A stretch of DNA of 64,000 nt from the IMG/VR virus record IMGVR_UViG_3300030503_000287. One strand, given 5' to 3'. Position 1 is the first letter of the stretch. Each line of letters begins with the position of its first letter. Position numbers and translations under genes: made by a program. The notes below the pieces were generated by a model. The model was not told where the DNA came from. It worked only from the letters and a program-made list of their open reading frames with translations, and did not search any database. The stretch is from a virus. Shown piece after piece: positions 53,342 through 61,530 of this stretch.

Positions 53342-53363
53342 AATTCTTTAAAGGTATCGTTAA

Positions 53364-53513
53364 CTATCCATGTGAACGATACCAGACAACAAAACTGGCA
53401 ACTAGACCGGCGAGAATTACTGCACAGATTTTGTCCAGACGTGCTTCACGATCACGGCGGATTGTTTCAGAATCAATTAATCGCAATATTGGTTTGTGTA
53501 TTGACTTTTTCAT
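53364..53513 (-). CDS. small membrane protein (49 aa)
   Basis: AAGGAAA RBS, ATG 53513. MKKSIHKPILRLIDSETIRRDREARLDKICAVILAGLVASFVVWYRSHG. A 9-bp hairpin overlaps the stop. Confidence 0.45.
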   Translation of the reverse strand: MKKSIHKPILRLIDSETIRRDREARLDKICAVILAGLVASFVVWYRSHG

Positions 53514-53920
53514 TTCTTGTTTCCTTTAAACTGATTTCGTTTTTGACAAGAGCTTCCTTTACCTACCCTACTCGCGCTGTGTGATTTTGTCTAATTTGAG
53601 AGCTTAACATTCCTTGTGTGTCTCTGGCTCCTTGTCGATATCCAATATCATATGCTCTAAATATAATTTTTTTGACATCCAAGGGTTCGATGTCGTTCAA
53701 AAAATTGTTAAGCTCTTCAACTGTTTCGCTATATGTTAGTGTTGGTATATTTCCTCAAAGTCGATTTATGACTGGTACAGAATTCCCTTGTGTGAACATT
53801 AAAACTTTACCGTCAACAAAACACATAGCTGTATGTTAGAAATATTTATCCCGCTTAAATCAATTGCCATTGTTTTACTTTCTTCGGTTTTTAGACAGAT
53901 CCGAAAACTGATACTGAATA

Positions 53921-54718
53921 TTAAGCTGCGATCATAGCCTCAACTAATTTTACACAGATTTCATTGATTGTATCCGCCGACCGTGCCAACCGTGCCGACT
54001 CTGCCGACCGTGCCGACTCTGCCGACCATGCCGCCAACCGTGCCGACTCTGCCGACCGTGCCGACTCTGCCGACCATGCCGCCAACCGTGCCGACTCTGC
54101 CGACCGTGCCGACTCTGCCGACCATGCCGCCAACCGTGCCGACTCTGCCGACCGTGCCGACTCTGCCGACACTGCCGCCAACCGTGCCGACTCTGCCGAC
54201 CGTGCCGACTCTGCCGACCATGCCGCCAACCGTGCCGACTCTGCCGACCGTGCCGACCGTGCCGACCATGCCGCCAACCGTGCCGACCATGCCGACACTG
54301 CCGACCGTGCCGACTCTGCCGCCAACCGTGCCGACTCTGCCGACTCAACATCAACTATGGGGGGCAATTCCCGTAGTTTTTTAGCCTCTTCTGGTAACTT
54401 TACAAACTCAAAAGCAACTGCAGCGAATTGCCGTACTGCAAAATCCGCACAAATATACGCCCGCTTTTGTATTTTATTATCGTTAACAGTTCCAATCAAT
54501 TTCGATAATAGTGGTTTTATCCACTTATCACGTTCAGCATTGTTTGGTAGATTGTCATTCCAAACCCTGCAAAAAGATGCAATTACCGGACATACACAGG
54601 AAGGATGGTCTGAATATGGCTCATTTGCAATATAAGATGCAGCTTCCATAACACACATACCGTCTTCAATAGATTTGTGGCTGCCTTTCGAAAGAGTGAT
54701 TTCTTCTATTTTTATCAT
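53921..54718 (-). CDS. protein with conserved Cys-containing N-domain and 16-aa tandem repeats
   Basis: 265 aa. N-terminus GMCVMEAASYIANEPYSDHPSCVCPVIASFCRVWND. C-terminal half is repeats of AWSAESARSAESARLA. Confidence 0.65.
   Translation of the reverse strand: MIKIEEITLSKGSHKSIEDGMCVMEAASYIANEPYSDHPSCVCPVIASFCRVWNDNLPNNAERDKWIKPLLSKLIGTVNDNKIQKRAYICADFAVRQFAAVAFEFVKLPEEAKKLRELPPIVDVESAESARLAAESARSAVSAWSARLAAWSARSARSAESARLAAWSAESARSAESARLAAVSAESARSAESARLAAWSAESARSAESARLAAWSAESARSAESARLAAWSAESARSAESARLARSADTINEICVKLVEAMIAA
53986..54347. repeat. 48-bp tandem repeat, about 7.5 copies, in-frame within the CDS
   Basis: Unit ccaaccgtgccgactctgccgaccgtgccgactctgccgaccatgccg starts at 53986, 54034, 54082, 54130, 54178, 54226, 54274 and 54322. 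The first three copies are identical. About 67% GC against about 38% flanks. Confidence 0.95.
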
Positions 54719-54730
54719 TTTTAAACTCCG

Positions 54731-55150
54731 CTAGTTTTGAATAGATCTAGCAACTATTAGAAGTTGAGCTGTGATCAGTTTATATTCGTCAATTGCAACA
54801 AGTGCAACTTCTATCACTTCCCATAACTGTACTGCCCAGTCTGATCCTGTTTGCCCTCGCGTATATCCTGACTTTCCTGTAACAGTTTGAAGAATCTGAA
54901 CAGTACCTTCCGGAGAAATTGACAATAATGTATATTTGTCAACTACATTTTTTCTTGATCCTGATTTGTCACACACAAGGTATAGGCCAGGAGTATGACC
55001 GGCAAGATTTTTAAGGCAAAATTCTCCAATGAGAGAATATCCATTATTTTTAGTTTTATCTATCGCCGTAATAGATTTTGCCCATCCACCATTATAAAAA
55101 CTGGCCCCCGCTTCATTTCCAAGATTGATAGTGTAAATAGGATTATTCAT
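54731..55150 (-). CDS. hypothetical protein
   Basis: 139-aa ORF. Confidence 0.55.
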   Translation of the reverse strand: MNNPIYTINLGNEAGASFYNGGWAKSITAIDKTKNNGYSLIGEFCLKNLAGHTPGLYLVCDKSGSRKNVVDKYTLLSISPEGTVQILQTVTGKSGYTRGQTGSDWAVQLWEVIEVALVAIDEYKLITAQLLIVARSIQN

Positions 55151-55487
55151 TTACAAATCCTCCATTCGGATTAGCGAGTAAACACTCACAACCAACTATC
55201 ACCCCAGCGTCATCTCTTACAAGCTGTCCTGGACTATAAACGTCATGGCGCCCTAATCTCCATGCTGCCTCAGCGACCATCGCTGACGTTATATACATAC
55301 TCTTTCCGTCATATTCAGGTAATCCTTCAATTTCCCCGAACGATGCACTTTTTACTGGAATTCCCAATACTTGTCCTGTAAATTTATATTGAACAAATAA
55401 CCGAGCAACCCCAATGGAGGGGAATGACTTGATGTCGTAACCCGGCTCAACTATGTTAATTACGTGCGGTGTTAGATTCTTGATCAT
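55143..55487 (-). CDS. hypothetical protein
   Basis: 114-aa ORF. Confidence 0.55.
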   Translation of the reverse strand: MIKNLTPHVINIVEPGYDIKSFPSIGVARLFVQYKFTGQVLGIPVKSASFGEIEGLPEYDGKSMYITSAMVAEAAWRLGRHDVYSPGQLVRDDAGVIVGCECLLANPNGGFVNE

Positions 55488-55536
55488 TTTTTATCTTTCT
55501 GGCAGTTTATGGATAACTGCCAACCATTATTTGAAG

Positions 55537-56679
55537 TTAAGCTGCGACAAACTCACCTTCTAGAACCGGAATCGTATCTATGATATGAGCATGTACGCGG
55601 TTCGCCGTAACCCTCGGCAATGTCGCTGTAACAATCTCAAATCCAGAAGTCCAATCACCAGCTTGACGCTGAAGGGTAGTACCTTCAGAGCGATTGAGGT
55701 TATGAGTGGCAACACGAGTAAAAGCGTTCAAAAGGTGCCATTCACTCTGGCCTGGCTCTTCAAGATACGCTGCCCAAATTTGATCGAAGTAACGAGCGGA
55801 AACTCCCATAGCTCGCATTCGATTGCGCAATACTTCCTGTGGGTCCTGAGTATCACCGATAGCTCTTGTATTTGCCATTAGACGAGCCTTTTCACTGAGG
55901 TTGGCAAATTCACGTACTGCGAAGTTTACACCTTCTTGTAGCCATTCAAGTTGCTGCTCTACCGTTCCGCCTGATTCCCCTTTTCCCCATCGGAACTGTG
56001 AGCCCTTCTTTTGCATACCATTGAGGCATACAAGCCGCTGAGTATAAAGATCGAGGTTGATATGGCCCCCATAGTTCTGGGTGAGTTCTACGCCAAAAGA
56101 CATAACATCCCCCAGCGCTGGCGTGATTATTTCTTGGTGGTTCGGGACCAAGAATCGAGCGCTTAGTCCTTCATTCGTGACATTGGCATACTTTACTTCA
56201 ATATCGGAATACCGAGAGTCTAGAAGTTGAAAAACCCGCTCTGTTGTCTGATCGTAAGGTAAAAGATCACGACGGCCAGGTAGGATAGACACAACTTTTG
56301 CGCCTTCGCGGACAAGAGTGTAGGTATCATCCTTACGTTTAGATGTTAGCGCTTGATTCGTGATACGCTCATTAATGACCGATGCACGAAGAGGAGTTGG
56401 CAATTTTGACACAAACTCCGGTGGGAATATGGCGCTGAGAGATAGGTTTGTCAGAGCTTCATTTGTGGCGATTCCTGCACTAACTGGGGCAAGAATCCCG
56501 TCTTCACCGGTTTCCTGTACGGTGAACCTGAGAAAATCATCAGAGACAGGTTCTACCTGCAAATCACGAATGTGGGTTTTGATAGCAATTGGTTGGGGCC
56601 AGTTAGACCAAAGACGATCCTCTGGAATTGGGCTGAATTCGAATGGTGCTACTGTTAATTCTGTCGTTGCGGTGGTCAT
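55537..56679 (-). CDS. DUF932-like phage/plasmid protein
   Basis: 380 aa. RLVCLNGM motif and overall size recall the DUF932 family. Confidence 0.5.
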   Translation of the reverse strand: MTTATTELTVAPFEFSPIPEDRLWSNWPQPIAIKTHIRDLQVEPVSDDFLRFTVQETGEDGILAPVSAGIATNEALTNLSLSAIFPPEFVSKLPTPLRASVINERITNQALTSKRKDDTYTLVREGAKVVSILPGRRDLLPYDQTTERVFQLLDSRYSDIEVKYANVTNEGLSARFLVPNHQEIITPALGDVMSFGVELTQNYGGHINLDLYTQRLVCLNGMQKKGSQFRWGKGESGGTVEQQLEWLQEGVNFAVREFANLSEKARLMANTRAIGDTQDPQEVLRNRMRAMGVSARYFDQIWAAYLEEPGQSEWHLLNAFTRVATHNLNRSEGTTLQRQAGDWTSGFEIVTATLPRVTANRVHAHIIDTIPVLEGEFVAA

Positions 56680-56714
56680 TTTATGTTTCCTTCGTAAGTG
56701 TTATTTCTACCGTT

Positions 56715-56743
56715 ATTATACTACAGATATTATTAAAATACTA
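56715..56743 (-). promoter_or_regulatory. sigma70-type promoter
   Basis: Minus strand reads TAGTAT, 17 nt, TATAAT upstream of ATG 56679. Confidence 0.5.
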
Positions 56744-56778
56744 GTGTTTTTAACAATTTTCTATAATTATTTTTGTGG

Positions 56779-57033
56779 TTAATTTTCGTAGACAATTTCC
56801 CAGTCATATAGCAAGTTGTTTTTATAGGTAATTCTTCCAGATGTGTTTCGTGGAATACACTCTACATCTACCCACCCATAACCTCGTTTTGAAAATCCTA
56901 TAATTTTACCTACAATACTTCTGTCCATTGGTCGCCGTACAACCAATCCAATTTGCATTAATTGCATATATCTAGATAGTCTCATCTCTGTGCATGGTGC
57001 CATATCACCTACATCTATTTTTATTGTTGCCAT
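56779..57033 (-). CDS. hypothetical protein
   Basis: Start moved to ATG 57033, 1 nt after the stop of the 49-aa gene. Confidence 0.5.
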   Translation of the reverse strand: MATIKIDVGDMAPCTEMRLSRYMQLMQIGLVVRRPMDRSIVGKIIGFSKRGYGWVDVECIPRNTSGRITYKNNLLYDWEIVYEN

Positions 57034-57034
57034 T

Positions 57035-57184
57035 TTATTTACCCCATGCCATTCTAAGATTCCTGCGGTCTGCATATTCAGAAGCTTGTTTTAGAGTCAT
57101 TCCACCAGTGACATAAACACCATCACGAATATCTTTAACTCCATAATTGCCGTTGGTAAATCTGATAACTACAAAACAATTCAT
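57035..57184 (-). CDS. hypothetical protein (49 aa)
   Basis: ATGA coupling at 57184. MNCFVVIRFTNGNYGVKDIRDGVYVTGGMTLKQASEYADRRNLRMAWGK. Below the ORF-track cutoff. Confidence 0.45.
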   Translation of the reverse strand: MNCFVVIRFTNGNYGVKDIRDGVYVTGGMTLKQASEYADRRNLRMAWGK

Positions 57185-57438
57185 ATTTTAACCTCCTTAT
57201 AATTCTGACTTCCCGGTCCAGTTCCGGCTGCGTATCGAATCGTTTGATTAACACGAGTCATTACGTCTGATAGTGTATATGGCCCTCCGCATCCTACTAA
57301 AGAACCGCTGGTGAACTCTCGGTAATCGTACAGGTTATTGACTACACGGTGCCAAATTTCAATACGATATTTAGACCCGCGAGTCTCATAGGCTTTTATG
57401 AGAGTGTCTTCAGGATTAGTGTGCTCATTAATTGTCAC
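57181..57438 (-). CDS. hypothetical protein
   Basis: 85-aa ORF. Confidence 0.5.
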   Translation of the reverse strand: MTINEHTNPEDTLIKAYETRGSKYRIEIWHRVVNNLYDYREFTSGSLVGCGGPYTLSDVMTRVNQTIRYAAGTGPGSQNYKEVKI

Positions 57439-57631
57439 GACAATACACTCCCTTCAAAAACATATTGTTGGGTAATCTATGTGCTTTGTTTTTCATCTCA
57501 GCAAGTACAAGACATCCTACTATTTGCCCTTGTGTCAAAGTGGGATTGTTGGCGATAAGTGCATCAACACTCATGGGAATTTTATCGTTTAACTGCAACA
57601 AAATATGATCTATTGCTTCATTTTGTGTCAT
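57428..57631 (-). CDS. hypothetical protein
   Basis: 67-aa ORF, first gene after a consensus promoter. Confidence 0.5.
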   Translation of the reverse strand: MTQNEAIDHILLQLNDKIPMSVDALIANNPTLTQGQIVGCLVLAEMKNKAHRLPNNMFLKGVYCRDN

Positions 57632-57657
57632 ACTGTACCTCGTTTATTTCTAAGGTT

Positions 57658-57686
57658 ATTATACCGTAGATTGAGTTAGTTGTCAA
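57658..57686 (-). promoter_or_regulatory. sigma70-consensus promoter
   Basis: Minus strand reads TTGACA, 17 nt, TATAAT (perfect consensus). Confidence 0.7.
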
Positions 57687-57725
57687 CAGTTTTTGTTAAT
57701 TTTAGATAAATTATTTTAACATTAT

Positions 57726-58034
57726 CTAAGTTAAATCTCTGATTACTTCCGAACACATGGCGGCTATTGCATGACTGTTAGTGTCCAAAGATGGGACTGG
57801 AAAACTATTGTGAGTGTTGAGCGCTGTTACGGCAAGTCTTAAATGAAATAGAAGTATTTGAGTATTGTCTTGTCCTTCTTTTACAGTTGTTACCCTATCA
57901 CGAGCGCCTATAAAGTACTGTTCCCATTCTTTATATCGGCCCTGCTCTGCCTCGCTGAATAGATTGTTGAGCACGTTCTGCGCTGTGGTTAGTTCTTGAT
58001 CTTCTGTTGGTGTAAACTTGATTTTGTGATTCAT
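57726..58034 (-). CDS. hypothetical protein
   Basis: Start moved to ATG 58034 (AAGGA RBS) to avoid overlap with the HNH gene. Confidence 0.5.
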   Translation of the reverse strand: MNHKIKFTPTEDQELTTAQNVLNNLFSEAEQGRYKEWEQYFIGARDRVTTVKEGQDNTQILLFHLRLAVTALNTHNSFPVPSLDTNSHAIAAMCSEVIRDLT

Positions 58035-58044
58035 TCTTTTATCC

Positions 58045-58722
58045 TTACTTAAAATAGTATGTATCAGATACACACTTGTTGGTTTCCAATAATTGACTTC
58101 GTAGTTCAGAAGGAATCAACAATATTGTTTTAATAAAATCATTGTTGATTGTGATATTGTTTGATGTCTGATTTCTACGAAATTCCATACTTCGCCATGC
58201 AAAACCACAATCTCTTCCATCAGATTTTCCATATATTGTCATATCAGCCTTGAAGTTTTGAAAGTCGCTGATTGTGTAGTGGTTTTGTGACAACCAGCTA
58301 GAGTCAAGGATTATATTATCAATATCTAATTGGTTGCTTTGGATGTCTCTAAATATTGCATTGAAAATATTTGTGTTTGTCGGGTTTTTGTTAAAACCTA
58401 GATGATAAGAGAACTCGTATACTGGAATAGGTTTCGGTGTTTTTACCTTGGGTGTTCTTGGTGTTGACTGTATGAGTTGAAGGATATACGAGAGTTTGCG
58501 CTGCGCTTCAATCATAAGCAATCCCTTATAAACTTCAGGCAGTTCGTCGCCCGACTTCTTCAGATTACAAGGTTGACAAGCAAGAGTTAGATTTAGTAGG
58601 TCGTCAGTACCGCCTGTACACTGAGGATGTATATGTTCAATCTGATCAGCGCCCTCCCTGCCACAATACTGGCAGCGGCCTTTGTACGCCTTGATTATAG
58701 ATGCTCTTAATTTTTGTTCCAT
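58045..58722 (-). CDS. free-standing HNH endonuclease
   Basis: CQYCGREGADQIEHIHPQCTGGTDDLLNLTLACQPCNLKKSG. Confidence 0.8.
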   Translation of the reverse strand: MEQKLRASIIKAYKGRCQYCGREGADQIEHIHPQCTGGTDDLLNLTLACQPCNLKKSGDELPEVYKGLLMIEAQRKLSYILQLIQSTPRTPKVKTPKPIPVYEFSYHLGFNKNPTNTNIFNAIFRDIQSNQLDIDNIILDSSWLSQNHYTISDFQNFKADMTIYGKSDGRDCGFAWRSMEFRRNQTSNNITINNDFIKTILLIPSELRSQLLETNKCVSDTYYFK

Positions 58723-58731
58723 TGTAGGTAT

Positions 58732-58760
58732 ACTATACCATAAATAACGTTAAAAATCAA
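58732..58760 (-). promoter_or_regulatory. sigma70-type promoter
   Basis: Minus strand reads TTGATT, 17 nt, TGgTATAGT upstream of ATG 58722. Confidence 0.6.
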
Positions 58761-58985
58761 CAGTTTGTTATAAATTATTTTTAAGGGTAAAAATTAAATG
58801 TGGGTTAGTGTATAAACTTAGAATATTTCTTTATTCCAAAGTATGTAAAGAGTTACTCTGCAATTAAGAGTAAAAAGCTCATAATCGCGTTGTAACGCGT
58901 TTTAAGACCTATGATAGTGTGTAGGGCACTATATGACCGACTGAGCGATAGAACAGGAGAGATGGCCACATGTATTGAAGAATGG

Positions 58986-59495
58986 TTACTCTGACTGTTT
59001 TTCTTTCCACTCTAATTTGTTGGCCAGTTTGAACAAATCTGTTGAAGTGAGATTGGTGATTAACTTACCTAGAGATCCATTTATTGATGGAATATGTCTA
59101 GAGAACAATATGAGTTGGTAGTCGTAAGGATTTTTACCGTAAATTTTGTTGTTGTTTATTATTACAGGTATTAAATATTCATGTTTGTTATTCTCAAAAT
59201 ATTTCAATATTGTTGCGATATTGTAAAGATAAGAAGTTGTTGGACCGGTTCCAGATTTAGAACATATACAATCAATTATGAATGAATAATTATAGTTATA
59301 ATTAGAACATTTAGATTCTATATATTCTAAAACATAAAACTGTCTATGTTTATTTGTTGCGTTTCTATATTCTCTGTTTTCTTGTGTTAATGATCGACTA
59401 ACTTTATAATAATCTGAATGTTCATATATTGTAAAATTTCCATTTATTAAAATTTGGTTTATGTCATCAATTAATATTTTTGCTGTTTTTCTCAC
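58986..59495 (-). CDS. hypothetical Asn/Tyr-rich protein (low-GC island)
   Basis: 169-aa ORF, about 28% GC. Confidence 0.5.
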   Translation of the reverse strand: MRKTAKILIDDINQILINGNFTIYEHSDYYKVSRSLTQENREYRNATNKHRQFYVLEYIESKCSNYNYNYSFIIDCICSKSGTGPTTSYLYNIATILKYFENNKHEYLIPVIINNNKIYGKNPYDYQLILFSRHIPSINGSLGKLITNLTSTDLFKLANKLEWKEKQSE

Positions 59496-59499
59496 TTAA

Positions 59500-60492
59500 T
59501 TATTCTTTCTCAAATGGTCTGAAAAGATCTTTTAGGATATCTGGAGTTTCTTCCGATGGTCTATCATTAAACAATTCTTTTACAATGTCGGTCGTAGAAG
59601 TAGGAGTTATAGGTGTTGTTTCGTGTCGAAGTTTTATTCTAAGTTCTTGTTGTTTGATTACACTGAGGGTTGATGGTTTTGGCAATTGTTGATTTTTAAT
59701 CTTCAGATTGTCGCTAAGATTTTTATTAATAAGTGTTTTTGGTCTGTACTGTTTGTAATTATATGTTTTTATTTTATGAGGTTGTAAGTGAGTTTCATTT
59801 AAGCATTCGATTAGGGGTAGGTCTGAATCTATTGGTACATTTCCATTATCGAATGTTAATTGATTCCATGTCGAAGGAATAAACGGTCTTTCAATATCCG
59901 GTACAACAATTAAGGTATAGGTTTGTTTTTTGTCTCTGGCTCGAAGATGATGGTAGTCAGTAAGAAAAACATAAATTCCCATACGTTTAATTATTGGTTG
60001 ATCAAGATAGTTGAGAATTTTAACAAGATAGTGAAGGTATGTTTTACCAACAGTAGGTGGCCTGTAATTTATTTTAACAGCCGTTAGGTTATTCGATGAT
60101 GGTGTCGATCTAATAGGCTCGGCATAAAACCCTGGAAGTATTACCCCAGTGGTGTTATGTTTACTGTTAATATTAGACATCTCTAGTGATGGTTCTGGTT
60201 GAATAGAAGGTGTTGGTGTTTTTAACAAGAGTAGGTTAACAGACATTTCTGTTACAGGATATTGAAAACACTGTTCGGGTTTTTCAAGAATTGATAAATA
60301 TTCCTGTGCTCTTTTAAAGGCATATGGTGCCCTAAGAAGGTGATATATATATGAATTGTTTATTTCATCCAATGAATTATTGAATGTTGGAGTATCGGCA
60401 GGAGTATATTGGTAAAACGAATCTGTGTGAATAACAAATTCATTATCACTATTGTTATCATCTGTACTTGGTGGTTGTTTTAATTTTGGCAT
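59500..60492 (-). CDS. hypothetical protein (low-GC island)
   Basis: The ORF track starts at TTG 60549. The first ATG is 60492. Weak collinear similarity to the 61531 gene. Confidence 0.5.
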   Translation of the reverse strand: MPKLKQPPSTDDNNSDNEFVIHTDSFYQYTPADTPTFNNSLDEINNSYIYHLLRAPYAFKRAQEYLSILEKPEQCFQYPVTEMSVNLLLLKTPTPSIQPEPSLEMSNINSKHNTTGVILPGFYAEPIRSTPSSNNLTAVKINYRPPTVGKTYLHYLVKILNYLDQPIIKRMGIYVFLTDYHHLRARDKKQTYTLIVVPDIERPFIPSTWNQLTFDNGNVPIDSDLPLIECLNETHLQPHKIKTYNYKQYRPKTLINKNLSDNLKIKNQQLPKPSTLSVIKQQELRIKLRHETTPITPTSTTDIVKELFNDRPSEETPDILKDLFRPFEKE

Positions 60493-60560
60493 GGAGTATA
60501 ACCTTTGGATTTGTGACACTATTATAATGAGTGATTCAAAAAATGTCAATGGTGGTAGTT

Positions 60561-60632
60561 GATAGTTGGTTTGATAGTTGGTTTGATAGTTGGTTTGATA
60601 GTTGGTTTGATAGTTGGTTTGATAGTTGGTAA
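60561..60632. repeat. 12-bp tandem iterons, 6 copies (gatagttggttt)
   Basis: Copies start at 60561, 60573, 60585, 60597, 60609 and 60621, with a degenerate copy just upstream. The core ttgatagtt recurs at 60863 and 61461. Confidence 0.95.
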
Positions 60633-60862
60633 TCCTTTATATCCTATTCTTGTATTGATACCTGTAAAAATGGCTCTGTATGGTCAGGAGATAGTATAAA
60701 TGGTCGTATAGTGTGTAAATTGTTGTTAATCGTGTGTGCGCGGACGTGAGGCGGCAAAGAATGGCATTGTGGATTAATGTCGTTGGTCTTTAATTTTCCA
60801 CCTAGATGATTTGTGATTAGAAAACTGTATTGAAAATATTGAAAATAGGGAAAATGTTATTG

Positions 60863-61530
60863 TTGATAGTTAACGATACATTTATTGAGAATAAAATCTA
60901 TATTTCATATGAACGATTTTTTTTAAAAAGTTTAATAAGTTAAGTTATGTATCAACAAGTGTTAGTAAATGAGAGATTTGATAAGTGTGTTGTATGACAC
61001 ACTCTTGACGGGGTTACACACGTAGAGACTGTAAAACGTAATATTATTGAGAAATAGATTTTTATAAGTTAGAGAAAAGTAGAATCTAAAAAATGGAAAA
61101 GATCATATGAAATATAGATTGTATATATAGGGTTAAAGATACCCCCCCGGGGTATATATATATGATATTAAGTTCTTTTTTATTATATATATAATATATA
61201 TATTATATATACAAACAAATGTTCCAATGTATATATATATCTTGCTTTTACACCCCATATTCGGTTTTCTCTATACTATAACCTACTCTTCAATAATTAT
61301 TCTTCTTTTGTTTCACCCATTTCTTCCTATTTCCTATCAATTTTTAAATCTATATTTCATATTTAATTGATTTCTTGATTTTGTAAAATCTATAAGGTCT
61401 ATATATATAAGCACTCCAAGAGTGTGTCACGTAACACACTTATTGATTGATTGTCGTTTGTTGATAGTTATTAACAATTAAATAGTGCTATTTCATCTTG
61501 TTATGATTGTTGTTCATATGAAATAAATAT
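60863..61530. other. AT-rich non-coding region with nested inverted repeats (origin-like or packaging-like)
   Basis: 17-bp IR at 60896-60912 / 61103-61119, with further copies at 61348 and 61514. 27-bp IR at 60981-61007 / 61417-61443. Palindrome ataccccccc-ggggtat at 61139-61155. (TA)n-rich tract at 61153-61250. Confidence 0.5.

Noticed and set aside
53372-53839. Plus-strand ORFs 53372..53584 and 53618..53839.
   Set aside because: All neighbouring genes are on the minus strand. The minus strand here encodes a 49-aa gene with an RBS and a longer frame, and the plus-strand ORFs lack RBSs.
53986-54347. Possible CRISPR array.
   Set aside because: The repeats are contiguous with no unique spacers, the unit is 48 bp in frame within a CDS, and no cas genes are present.
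53950-54635. Four long ORFs in other frames and on the other strand over the 48-bp repeat (PTVPTL..., RHGRQS..., VGTVGR..., ADRADSAD...).
   Set aside because: They arise automatically from a stop-free GC-rich tandem repeat. Only the minus-strand frame continues into a non-repetitive N-terminal domain with a proper start and neighbours.
60561-60632. Possible CRISPR or minisatellite-encoded peptide.
   Set aside because: These are 12-bp units with no spacers, lying upstream of the first ATG of the adjacent gene. Iteron-type protein-binding sites explain them better.
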